From Candidatus Cloacimonadales bacterium (GTDB lineage Bacteria; Cloacimonadota; Cloacimonadia; Cloacimonadales; JAFGVF01), in the NCBI GenBank assembly GCA_963677495.2, contig CAXXOU010000004.1:1024001-1088000 (forward strand): 64,000 nt of DNA. The letters are read 5' to 3'. The position numbers and the translations under genes are program-made. How positions within the stretch are numbered: the stretch's first letter is position 1; every line of letters begins with the position of its first letter. Below are positions 49,667 to 58,984 of this stretch, one piece after another. The notes under the pieces were generated by a model. That model was not told the origin of the DNA and made no database searches. It saw only the letters and a program-made list of their open reading frames with translations.

Positions 49667-50449
49667 ATGAAAACACTTAACAGAATAGTAATATTCATAC
49701 TTATTGTATCGCTGTTAATACCGGGCTGTCACCAATCTAGACGAATTGTAAACCCAGAGGAAAGTGACTTAGCTAAGTCATTTGTAAATCCATATGCATA
49801 CATGGGTGAGATTCACAACGATTGTCTTGAATCAGTTTTAACATCATTAGAGGCCGAAACAGATAGCACAATCGTGGGAGTAACAGCGTTAAAAGATAGC
49901 ATTTCAGCATGGACAGTCAGTTTTTTAAGCCAAGACCTAGATGAATTAGGTTATTTAGATTTTGATTTTACTGATATTTTTGATGAATTCACAACAACCG
50001 ATACAACATCTTGGGATTCTTTGGTCTATAAGGTGTCATGGGCTAATAAAATTCAACCATATTTAGTACAAATGGATTCTGTTCTTCAAACACAACCAAC
50101 TGCCAGTACAGTTAAAACGAAATTCAGAGAAATTGGCTTTGAGGTATCTAAAGATACAAGCTTAACTTCAGATCAAAAAATACAATTGTATTGTGGATTG
50201 GCTGTTGGAGAAAGCTCTGCATTATATTGGGATGAATATTACGATGATTGGAGTTTAGCCCTTAAAAATGTTATGAGTACAGAAATGTCGAGTAAAGGGC
50301 TTCCTCCTATTGTGATTGAAGTCATTATTGCTGATCTTCTAGGAGCTTTGAAGGGAGCAATATTTGGTGGTTTGCATGGTGCTATCATTGGAGCTATTAT
50401 TGGATCTGTTGCAACTATTGTTATTAATTGGCTTGCAAATACACTTTGA
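49667..50449 (+). CDS. Hypothetical lipoprotein with C-terminal glycine-zipper hydrophobic tail
   Basis: Lipobox LIPGC; NPYAYMGEIHNDCL; ADLLGALKGAIFGGLHGAIIGAIIGS. Confidence 0.7.
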   Translation: MKTLNRIVIFILIVSLLIPGCHQSRRIVNPEESDLAKSFVNPYAYMGEIHNDCLESVLTSLEAETDSTIVGVTALKDSISAWTVSFLSQDLDELGYLDFDFTDIFDEFTTTDTTSWDSLVYKVSWANKIQPYLVQMDSVLQTQPTASTVKTKFREIGFEVSKDTSLTSDQKIQLYCGLAVGESSALYWDEYYDDWSLALKNVMSTEMSSKGLPPIVIEVIIADLLGALKGAIFGGLHGAIIGAIIGSVATIVINWLANTL

Positions 50450-50575
50450 TATATCCTATGAATGTATACATCTTTTGTTGACAAATTAGAGTTGAAGAAT
50501 AGTTCTGATATAATTTAAGATGACTAAACGATAATAATTCAGTATAAAAACTTATTAGCATCAAAAAGAGGAATA

Positions 50576-52378
50576 ATGACTTATTTAAAGTTTTCACTGA
50601 TGATAGTAATGCTATTTTTAATTGCTTTTCTTTTCTCAACAACATTTGTAAACACAAATGCAGATATCCAAGGAGTTTATTCAGGAACATTGGAATGGGG
50701 AGACTATGATAATGATGGAGATTATGATTTGTTTGTAGCAGGTGTTGTTAACAGCACAAATCATATTTACACAGCAGAATTATATGTAAATGACAATTAC
50801 GGTTTAACCAATAGTGGAGTTGTTATACCAGGACTCGCCTATGCTTCAAGTGTGTGGGGTGACTATAACCTTGATGGTTACATAGACTTATTTATATCTG
50901 GTAAGATAGATGATGATCCTGATGTAAAAATTTCTGAGCTACTGGAAAATGTAAATGGTGTCCTAGTAAATCAAACAGAATTGTTTGAACCTGTATCTTC
51001 CTCATCTTCAATATGGTTCGATTACAACAATGATGGTCTTTTAGACCTTTTGTTATCTGGATATACAGAAGATTCGCAAGCTATCACTGCCTTATACGAA
51101 CAAAACTCTACTGGTTTTGTTAATAGTGGGCTAAATTTCGTAAACGTAACATCATGCGATGCTCAAGCTTGTGATTTTGATAATGATGGGTTGATTGACA
51201 TTATTATTTCAGGCTCAGATAATTGTAACAATGGTGTAACTGAATTATATCGAAATAATGGTTGTGGGTTTGATATTGTTACTACTAGTATTTCAGATTT
51301 ATATCTTTCAAGTATAGAATGGGGTGATATTGATAATGATGGAGATTCTGATTTAATTATATGCGGAGATGATTCCAATCAGACTAATACTAATATATAT
51401 CTGAACAATAATGGGACATTTTCAGACATTACTTCAAATCTTCAGGCAGTAAAATATGGGGATGTTGAACTTGCTGATATTGATAATGATGGAGATATTG
51501 ATATAGTCTTGACTGGCAAAGAAAATTCTTCAGGAAGTACAATACCATTTACTTCAGTTTATTGTAATGAGTCTTTAAATTTTGTCGAACAATCAGAAAA
51601 CCTGTTACAACTCTGGGCATCGGATTGTAAGCTTTGTGATTATGATTTTGATGGAGACTTAGACTTAGCCATATCAGGGCGTGCCAGCAATGGAAATCCT
51701 AATTCTATACTTTATCGTAACGACTGTACAACACCTAATAGTGTACCAATTCCTCCTACAAACCTTCGTATCAGTGAAGAAGGAGAATACTTTAAGTTTG
51801 AGTGGGATATGGGAACAGATGTTGAACAACCTGATATTAGTTTAACTTATGAAGTCAAGATAGGTTCTACTCCGGGAGGATGTGACATTGTATCACCAAT
51901 GGCATTACCGGATGGTAGAGCATTGAAACCTGTATTTGGGAGAATTAACTCAAATTGTTTCTATCTAATAAAAAGCTCAGTGTTCGATGAAAATGAAACC
52001 TACTATTGGAGTTGCCAATCAATTGATAACTCCTTTGCTCGTTCTGCATTTGCTGAAGAACAATCTTTCACTTATCAGAGTGTTGGTAATTCAGATAATA
52101 CTGTCTTGATTGCTCCAACTTTATCCATTGATTCTGTTTACCCTAATCCTTTCAACCCTGTGACAACAATATCTTATAGTGTATCAGAAAACACTTATGT
52201 AACACTTAAGATATACAATATCAAAGGAGAATTAGTTGAAACTCTGATTGAAAGTAATGTCAAAGCAGGTAAACATACCTATGAATGGAAACCTGAAAGA
52301 ACAGCAAGTGGAGTGTATTTCTGTAAATTATCTAATGGAGAAAGGAAAGTCACACAAAAACTTGTACTACTCAAATAG
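50576..52378 (+). CDS. Secreted FG-GAP/VCBS repeat protein with FN3 and C-terminal YPNPFNP domain
   Basis: Seven WGDYDNDGDxDL-type repeats; VYPNPFNPVTTISY...IYNIKGELV. Confidence 0.85.
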   Translation: MTYLKFSLMIVMLFLIAFLFSTTFVNTNADIQGVYSGTLEWGDYDNDGDYDLFVAGVVNSTNHIYTAELYVNDNYGLTNSGVVIPGLAYASSVWGDYNLDGYIDLFISGKIDDDPDVKISELLENVNGVLVNQTELFEPVSSSSSIWFDYNNDGLLDLLLSGYTEDSQAITALYEQNSTGFVNSGLNFVNVTSCDAQACDFDNDGLIDIIISGSDNCNNGVTELYRNNGCGFDIVTTSISDLYLSSIEWGDIDNDGDSDLIICGDDSNQTNTNIYLNNNGTFSDITSNLQAVKYGDVELADIDNDGDIDIVLTGKENSSGSTIPFTSVYCNESLNFVEQSENLLQLWASDCKLCDYDFDGDLDLAISGRASNGNPNSILYRNDCTTPNSVPIPPTNLRISEEGEYFKFEWDMGTDVEQPDISLTYEVKIGSTPGGCDIVSPMALPDGRALKPVFGRINSNCFYLIKSSVFDENETYYWSCQSIDNSFARSAFAEEQSFTYQSVGNSDNTVLIAPTLSIDSVYPNPFNPVTTISYSVSENTYVTLKIYNIKGELVETLIESNVKAGKHTYEWKPERTASGVYFCKLSNGERKVTQKLVLLK

Positions 52379-52395
52379 TATTAATCGTTTATTTT

Positions 52396-52424
52396 AATGC
52401 CCTTGTCAGGAGATAAGGGCATTT
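52396..52424 (+). terminator. Probable terminator
   Basis: aatgccctt...aagggcattt. Confidence 0.6.
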
Positions 52425-52715
52425 ACTAATTCAGGATATAAAAGAAATTTAACCCCAGAGCTACCTATCAGTAGTATGAGAGACAGCTCTTAATGGTATG
52501 ATAATGTTTCATCAATATGAGACCAACTCGCATTCAACCCTTATAGGAAGTCCGCTTTCGCTTCTCTTGGTTCAGCTCGGGCAAACTCCCTAGAAGAGTT
52601 GAAATCTATAACTCCAATGATAGGTTTGCTTGCAACCTATCGATTTAGACAAATATCTTGACTCTATAAATAAATCCCAAAACTTGATTAAAATTAATAT
52701 TTTCAGGAGATTATT

Positions 52716-55313
52716 ATGTTGACCAGTAAAGAGATTAGGCAACAATTTATAGATTTTTTCGTATCTAAACAGCATACCGTTGTGGAATCTGATACAGTTA
52801 TTCCAAGAAATGACCCTACCCTATTGTTTACAAATGCAGGTATGAACCAATTCAAGAACATCTTTCTTGGTGAGATTGAACCAAAAGAGTTAAGAGTAGT
52901 AGATTCACAGAAATGTATCCGTGCAGGTGGTAAACACAATGATTTGGATGAAGTTGGTAGAGACGGTTATCATCACACATTCTTCGAGATGCTTGGCAAC
53001 TGGTCATTTGGTGACTATTACAAAAAAGAAGCAATTATGTGGGCTTGGGAGCTCATAACAGATGTTTGGAAACTTCCTAAAGAGAAGCTTTATGCTACGG
53101 TTCATGAGAGTGACCAGGAAGCCTTTGACCTTTGGAAAGAGCATACAGACATTGACCCTACTCATATCCTCTTCGATGGAGATAAAGATAACTTCTGGGA
53201 GATGGGAGAAACTGGTCCTTGTGGTCCTTGCTCTGAGATCCATTATGACAGAGGAACTGACTACTGCGGAGTTGAAGGTGAACATGATTGTAGAGTTAAT
53301 GGAGATTGCCATAGATACATCGAACTTTGGAACCTTGTGTTCATGCAATACTTCCGTAACAAAGACCGTTCTTTAACTCCACTTAAAATGAAACATGTTG
53401 ATACTGGTGCTGGTTTTGAACGTTTATGCCAAGTATTACAAGGTCATAACAGTAACTATGATACTGATCTCTTTGTTCCTATCTTGAAGAAGATTTCAGA
53501 ACTAACAGGTGTCGAGTACAGCAGAGATGAACAAGGAGTTCCCCACCGAGTGATCGCTGACCACATAAGAGCTCTAAGTTTCTCTATCGCTGATGGTGGA
53601 ATCCCTTCTAATGAAGGACGTGGATACGTCATCAGACGTATTCTTAGAAGAGCTGCTAGAATGGGTCGTCTTCTCAATATGAAGAAACCATTCCTTTATA
53701 AAATTGTTCCAACTCTTATTGAGATTATGGGACACCATTTCACTGAACTGAAAGAGCAACAGGAATATGTTGAGATGATTATCAAAGGTGAAGAGGAACG
53801 CTTTAATCTTACCCTTGATAAAGGACTTGTAAAGTTTGATGAGATGATTGAAAAGACTGAAAGAACTACCCTTTCAGGTGATAATGCTTTCATGCTTTAT
53901 GACACTTATGGCTTCCCATTAGACCTCACAATAATCATAGCTGAAGAGAAAGGCTATATAGTTGATACGGATGGCTTTGAGAAGAAGATGCAAGAGCAGA
54001 AAGAACGAGCACGTTCAGCTTCTTCCTTCAAGGTTGAGCTGGATAACAAAGAGTGGACAGTACTTGGTGAAGATGTACCCACTGAGTTCTTGGGTTATGA
54101 GAATACTACTGTTGAAGTATCAATAATTAAATATAGATTGAATCATGACAACTCAGTAATGTTCATTCTTGATAAGACCCCATTCTATGCTGAATCCGGT
54201 GGTCAGGTCGCTGATACCGGTATAGTTTCTAATGATGACTTTGAGATTGAAGTTAGTGAAGTTAAGAAGAGTGGTGAGCAGTTTATCCATATTGGTAAGC
54301 TTAAATCAGGTATGATTAATGATAAGAAGGTCACAGCCTCAATTGACACTTTCCGTAGAAGAAGAATTGCATCCAATCATACAGCTACGCATCTTCTCCA
54401 TGCTGCTCTTAAGAAAGTTCTTGGTGATCATGTTCAACAGAAAGGATCACTTGTAACTGCTGATTATTTACGCTTTGACTTTACACATTTCAATGGGATG
54501 AAACCTGCTGAAATCGCTGAAGTTGAGAAGCTTGTAAGAGCCGAGATAACTAATGCATCATTAGTTGAGACAAAACTCATGACACCTGATGAAGCTAAAG
54601 AAGATGGTGCAACAGCCCTATTTGGTGAGAAGTATGGTGATGTAGTTCGTGTGGTTTCATTAAGCAACTTTTCAAAAGAGCTATGTGGTGGTACACATGT
54701 CAGTAATAGTGCTGAGATAGGTATGATTAAGATTCTTTCTGAATCTTCCAGTTCTGCAGGAATCCGTCGTATAGAAGCCATTACCGGTGAAGCTGTTTAT
54801 AACTACTATGAGAAGAAAGAATCACTGCTTAATGACGTAGCATCTCTACTTAAAGCAAAACATGAGAAAATAGCAGATAAAGTTCAGCAATTAATAGATT
54901 TAAACAAAGAGATTGAGAAAGAGCTAAAGACAATAAAGAGTCAGGCAGCCGGTTCTGAAATTGATAATCTCATTTCAAGTGCAGTGGAGATAAATACAGT
55001 CAAAGTAGCAGCTGGCAAAGTTGCAATTGATAACTCTAACGAGTTAAGAAATGCCGGTGATACATTGAGACAAAAGCTCGGTAGTGGTATCGGTATACTT
55101 ATAGCTGAGATTAAAGGAAAAGTATCACTTCTTACTGTTGTGACAGATGATCTTAAGAAGCAGTATCCGGCCGGTAAGATTGTTGGACAGCTTGCTGAGT
55201 TTGTTGACGGAAGAGGTGGCGGAAGACCTGATATGGCTATGGCTGGTGGTAAATCCATCGATAAGATTCCAACAGCATTGGAGAATGTGGAGAATATTAT
55301 AAAATCTTTTTAG
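52716..55313 (+). CDS. alaS: Alanine--tRNA ligase
   Basis: LLFTNAGMNQFK, HHTFFEMLGNWSFGDY, editing NHTATH and ELCGGTH, GGGRPDMAMAGG. Confidence 0.97.
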   Translation: MLTSKEIRQQFIDFFVSKQHTVVESDTVIPRNDPTLLFTNAGMNQFKNIFLGEIEPKELRVVDSQKCIRAGGKHNDLDEVGRDGYHHTFFEMLGNWSFGDYYKKEAIMWAWELITDVWKLPKEKLYATVHESDQEAFDLWKEHTDIDPTHILFDGDKDNFWEMGETGPCGPCSEIHYDRGTDYCGVEGEHDCRVNGDCHRYIELWNLVFMQYFRNKDRSLTPLKMKHVDTGAGFERLCQVLQGHNSNYDTDLFVPILKKISELTGVEYSRDEQGVPHRVIADHIRALSFSIADGGIPSNEGRGYVIRRILRRAARMGRLLNMKKPFLYKIVPTLIEIMGHHFTELKEQQEYVEMIIKGEEERFNLTLDKGLVKFDEMIEKTERTTLSGDNAFMLYDTYGFPLDLTIIIAEEKGYIVDTDGFEKKMQEQKERARSASSFKVELDNKEWTVLGEDVPTEFLGYENTTVEVSIIKYRLNHDNSVMFILDKTPFYAESGGQVADTGIVSNDDFEIEVSEVKKSGEQFIHIGKLKSGMINDKKVTASIDTFRRRRIASNHTATHLLHAALKKVLGDHVQQKGSLVTADYLRFDFTHFNGMKPAEIAEVEKLVRAEITNASLVETKLMTPDEAKEDGATALFGEKYGDVVRVVSLSNFSKELCGGTHVSNSAEIGMIKILSESSSSAGIRRIEAITGEAVYNYYEKKESLLNDVASLLKAKHEKIADKVQQLIDLNKEIEKELKTIKSQAAGSEIDNLISSAVEINTVKVAAGKVAIDNSNELRNAGDTLRQKLGSGIGILIAEIKGKVSLLTVVTDDLKKQYPAGKIVGQLAEFVDGRGGGRPDMAMAGGKSIDKIPTALENVENIIKSF

Positions 55314-55325
55314 GAGGTATATTCT

Positions 55326-56831
55326 ATGAAGCGGTTTGTATTGGTAACATTGATATTATCAGTAGTGCTTTTGATTGGTGCACAGGATTACATTGCACCA
55401 CTTTGGGAGCTTCCTGAGATTTATACAAAGGTTAGTCTCTCCTATTTAAAGTACAATAAAGAGGTTAAGTTTGAGGTGATAGAGAATGATATGGAGGCTA
55501 AGTACTATCATATGTTCACCTCTCCAACTTCCTTACAACAATCTATATGTGAGTATCTTACAGGTAGAGAAGACTATAAAAGTCTGCTTAAATATACTAC
55601 TAAAAAGGCATATATTGATTTCAATGTTGCCGGTTATATTGATTATCGTGCAGTTGAAAAGAATGCTTTTTATTTCACCGGCTACGGTATGGAGATAAAA
55701 GCAAATATCAATAACAGATTCCTGCTTCATACTGATTGGTGGAAAGGTCATTATTCCGGTGCTACAGATGCTGCCGTAAATGATTACATTGTTGATAGCT
55801 GGCACAAATCTGATGAAGGTGAAAACAATGTTACACATATTGATAATATCAAAGGAAGTCTGAGTTATCTGACAGACAATGCAATCTTCACTATTGGTCG
55901 AGGGAACTTCCTTGTTGGTAATAACATAAGTGGAAGTATAATACTCGATAACAACTGCGACGATTATGGTTACCTTAGTGCTAAACTAACTATGGGAGAT
56001 TTCAGCTATTCTGTTATGCAGGGAACTCTTATCCCTGATGAATATGATGGAAACTATGGGAAAACTATGGTAGATAAGTTTGTATCTCTTCATAAGATAG
56101 ATTGGAATTATCAGAATATTCATCTTTTCCTGGGTGAAGAGATTATCTATGGACATAGATCACTAGACTCCAACTATCTTCTCCCCCTTGGCTTCTGGCG
56201 TATTAATGAGCATTTGCTTAGAGATCGAGATAATGTGCTTATTTTTGCCGGTGGTGACATAAAGCTAAGCAAAACGACTCTCTATTCAAACCTGATATTA
56301 GACGAATTGAGTAAAGATAAGATATTCACAAATTGGTGGGGCAATAAATGGGCTTTTCAAGCAGGCTTATCCCAAGACTTTCATTACCTGCTGAAAGATG
56401 ACATTACACTTACTGGTGAACTTACTATTGTTAGACCTTGGTTATACACCCACAAATACTATTGGAACTATTCTTCACATTCAAATCAAACTCTAGGTTA
56501 TCCTGAAGGCACTAATCTAGTCAACTATAGCTTGGAATGCAATATTCCAATCGAAAGAATGGGATCTCTAGACTTAAATTATAGCCTTACACGACAAGGT
56601 GACTATGCTAACAGCTATCTCTGGAACTACGAGGACAATATTCCCGGTGACAGAGATGAGTTCGAAACAGAGCTTCTCGAGGGAGAGATTACTAATACTA
56701 CTGAGCTAACAGCTGTTTACAGTATTGAATGGTTTGCACATCATTACTTCAAACTGGCAGCAAGCACCAAGTTTGACTCGAATGATAAAAAAGAGAACAC
56801 ATTCTCGATTAGCTATATGACAAAGTTCTAG
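55326..56831 (+). CDS. Outer-membrane beta-barrel protein, Wzi-like
   Basis: Signal peptide, alternating aromatic strands, DRDNVL, NKWAFQAG, RPWLYTH, terminal Phe. Confidence 0.55.
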   Translation: MKRFVLVTLILSVVLLIGAQDYIAPLWELPEIYTKVSLSYLKYNKEVKFEVIENDMEAKYYHMFTSPTSLQQSICEYLTGREDYKSLLKYTTKKAYIDFNVAGYIDYRAVEKNAFYFTGYGMEIKANINNRFLLHTDWWKGHYSGATDAAVNDYIVDSWHKSDEGENNVTHIDNIKGSLSYLTDNAIFTIGRGNFLVGNNISGSIILDNNCDDYGYLSAKLTMGDFSYSVMQGTLIPDEYDGNYGKTMVDKFVSLHKIDWNYQNIHLFLGEEIIYGHRSLDSNYLLPLGFWRINEHLLRDRDNVLIFAGGDIKLSKTTLYSNLILDELSKDKIFTNWWGNKWAFQAGLSQDFHYLLKDDITLTGELTIVRPWLYTHKYYWNYSSHSNQTLGYPEGTNLVNYSLECNIPIERMGSLDLNYSLTRQGDYANSYLWNYEDNIPGDRDEFETELLEGEITNTTELTAVYSIEWFAHHYFKLAASTKFDSNDKKENTFSISYMTKF

Positions 56832-56834
56832 TTA

Positions 56835-57872
56835 ATGATTATTGCTTCAATCTTTGCAACATTCTTGATAATTCTCTCCATTGCCATGCTAAGATGGCAT
56901 CCGAGACAGCATGAGAAAACACATAGCTTCTCGATTGTTGTAGCAATTAGGAACGAAGTTGACTTGATAAGAGACTTCATGGAGTCATTACACCGTATTG
57001 ATTACCCAATAGACAAGTATGAGATTATACTCGTTGACGATGCCTCAATCGATAATACATCCAATGTTATAAAAGACTATATTGAGGATAAACCTCAGTT
57101 CAAACTCATCGTATTAGAGGAAAAGAGTACTGAGTATCTCGGCAAGAAAGCCGCCCTTAAAGCAGGAGTTGAAAGCTCTAACAACGAGATTCTTCTCTTC
57201 ACAGATGCAGATACAACCGTACCTTCTAAGTGGCTAAGCTCAATGAACAGTTTCTATACACCTGAGACCGGTTTTGTTATCGGATATGTTAGAAAACGTT
57301 TCATACCGGCAATGGCAAGGTTCAAAAGATTAATGTCAGTAGGTAATTTTGCTTCTACAGCCGGACTTGGTTTACCTTTCAGTTGCTCTGGCGGAAACCT
57401 ATCTATTCGAAAAGAGACCTTCGATGAGATTGGTGGTTATGAGACAATCAAGCATGAAGTTGCAGGTGATGATAAGCTTCTCTTGAAGCTTGTGAATAAG
57501 ACTAAATGGAAAGTTGCTTACAATTCAGAAATTAAGGTTCTGGAAAACAACAGACAGGAATCCTTGAGCTCAACAATCAACCGAGAGAAACGCCAGATGG
57601 GCAAGTTCAGAATGTCCTCTCCCCTCTACATGTTTCTTTCATTATTGATTCTTGTTTTCTTTATCTGGCTTCCCATAAACGTTATAGTCACTAAATCACT
57701 TCTACCTCTTCTGCCCTATGCTCTAGGAATGCTTTCATTCTATGTGGCAAGTTGTTTCAAACATCATGAAGAACTCAAACCTGTAGACTTACTGTTTATC
57801 TTTATTCTACCATACTACATGCTATTCTTTTCAATCTGGGGCGCATTATCGGGGTTTAAATGGAAAAACTAA
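56835..57872 (+). CDS. GT2 glycosyltransferase, membrane-bound
   Basis: SIVVAIRNE, VDDASID, GKKAAL, FTDAD, GDD. Confidence 0.88.
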   Translation: MIIASIFATFLIILSIAMLRWHPRQHEKTHSFSIVVAIRNEVDLIRDFMESLHRIDYPIDKYEIILVDDASIDNTSNVIKDYIEDKPQFKLIVLEEKSTEYLGKKAALKAGVESSNNEILLFTDADTTVPSKWLSSMNSFYTPETGFVIGYVRKRFIPAMARFKRLMSVGNFASTAGLGLPFSCSGGNLSIRKETFDEIGGYETIKHEVAGDDKLLLKLVNKTKWKVAYNSEIKVLENNRQESLSSTINREKRQMGKFRMSSPLYMFLSLLILVFFIWLPINVIVTKSLLPLLPYALGMLSFYVASCFKHHEELKPVDLLFIFILPYYMLFFSIWGALSGFKWKN

Positions 57873-58738
57873 CTAAGAGTAGGATAACTTTCTTCCTAAA
57901 GCTGACTTTGTCTGCTATCATCCTTTTTTTGATATTCAAGAATCTTGATTTCAGGAATGTATTCAAGAATATAAGCTCATATTCTCTTCTAACAGTAATA
58001 GCTGTTCTGGCTCTCGCATTAGTTAAACATGTGACTCAGTATTATAACTGGAAGAAGTTCCTTCAAATTAATCCGGATTATAAGAGTTCAGAGCTAGATA
58101 TTATCAAATCATATCTGATTGGTTTAGCTCTAAGGTTTGTTATGCCCGGTGGTCTTGCAACCTTTGGTAAAGTCTATTACGTTGATAATAGTAGTAAAAA
58201 GGATACAGCACTTTCAATTGGTTTAGAGAAAGTGTTTGGCACATGGACAATCTGGTTCTTTGCCGGTTGGGCTTCATTATTCTACTTTGATAATTTTTCT
58301 TATAGTCTAAGAATAAGCCTTGCGTGTCTGATAACAGTGTTTCCAATTGTACTATACTTCGTTATAGGAAAGATTAATAAACTAAAGAAGTACCAGGTAT
58401 CTTACAAACACAACATCTTCAAGATTATCATTAGCCAATTAATCTACGAAAGCTCAACATTCATGCAATACTGGTTGTTTATTAACACGTTCATCAGCAT
58501 CTCATTAGCAAAAGTAGCATATAGCACAGCCCTTATCTTATTTTCTAACACTATTCCTATCACATTTAGTGGTATTGGACTCAGAGAGTTCTTTGCAATC
58601 AATGTTCTCAGTAAGTTCGCGATATCAAGTGAAATTGCTGTAGCATCTGCCTTTTCAATTTTCTTGTTTAATGATCTGCTCCCGGCTATTTTAGGTGTGT
58701 ATTTTATTCTTAAGAATAAGAAGTCTAGATTAAGATAG
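57860..58738 (+). CDS. Lysylphosphatidylglycerol-synthase TM-domain (flippase-like) protein
   Basis: Multi-TM; PGGLA...K, PITFSGIGLRE motif. Confidence 0.8.
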   Translation: MEKLTKSRITFFLKLTLSAIILFLIFKNLDFRNVFKNISSYSLLTVIAVLALALVKHVTQYYNWKKFLQINPDYKSSELDIIKSYLIGLALRFVMPGGLATFGKVYYVDNSSKKDTALSIGLEKVFGTWTIWFFAGWASLFYFDNFSYSLRISLACLITVFPIVLYFVIGKINKLKKYQVSYKHNIFKIIISQLIYESSTFMQYWLFINTFISISLAKVAYSTALILFSNTIPITFSGIGLREFFAINVLSKFAISSEIAVASAFSIFLFNDLLPAILGVYFILKNKKSRLR

Positions 58739-58984
58739 CTTACGCATAATTCCGGTCACTTGTGTGAGTTTAAGAGCATAGGGAATTGGAATTAAATGTT
58801 TATTCACTCCGAAGTCGCAAGAAGTTGGTTGTCGGTTCACCGAACTCCCGATGCTGGTTGTAATGTCTTATTGATTGTCATCCCGATAGTTTAATGCAAT
58901 CGAGTTAATACTTTTGCTATCCTGACGTGTAAGAAGACTATTGATTCGTGGATTATTAAACCTTGTCATTTACTTGTATGGGAT

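Noticed and set aside
58740..58870. Integron attC site (ttacgcataa... with short hairpins)
   Set aside because: No matching RYYYAAC/GTTRRRY pair and no integrase in the window
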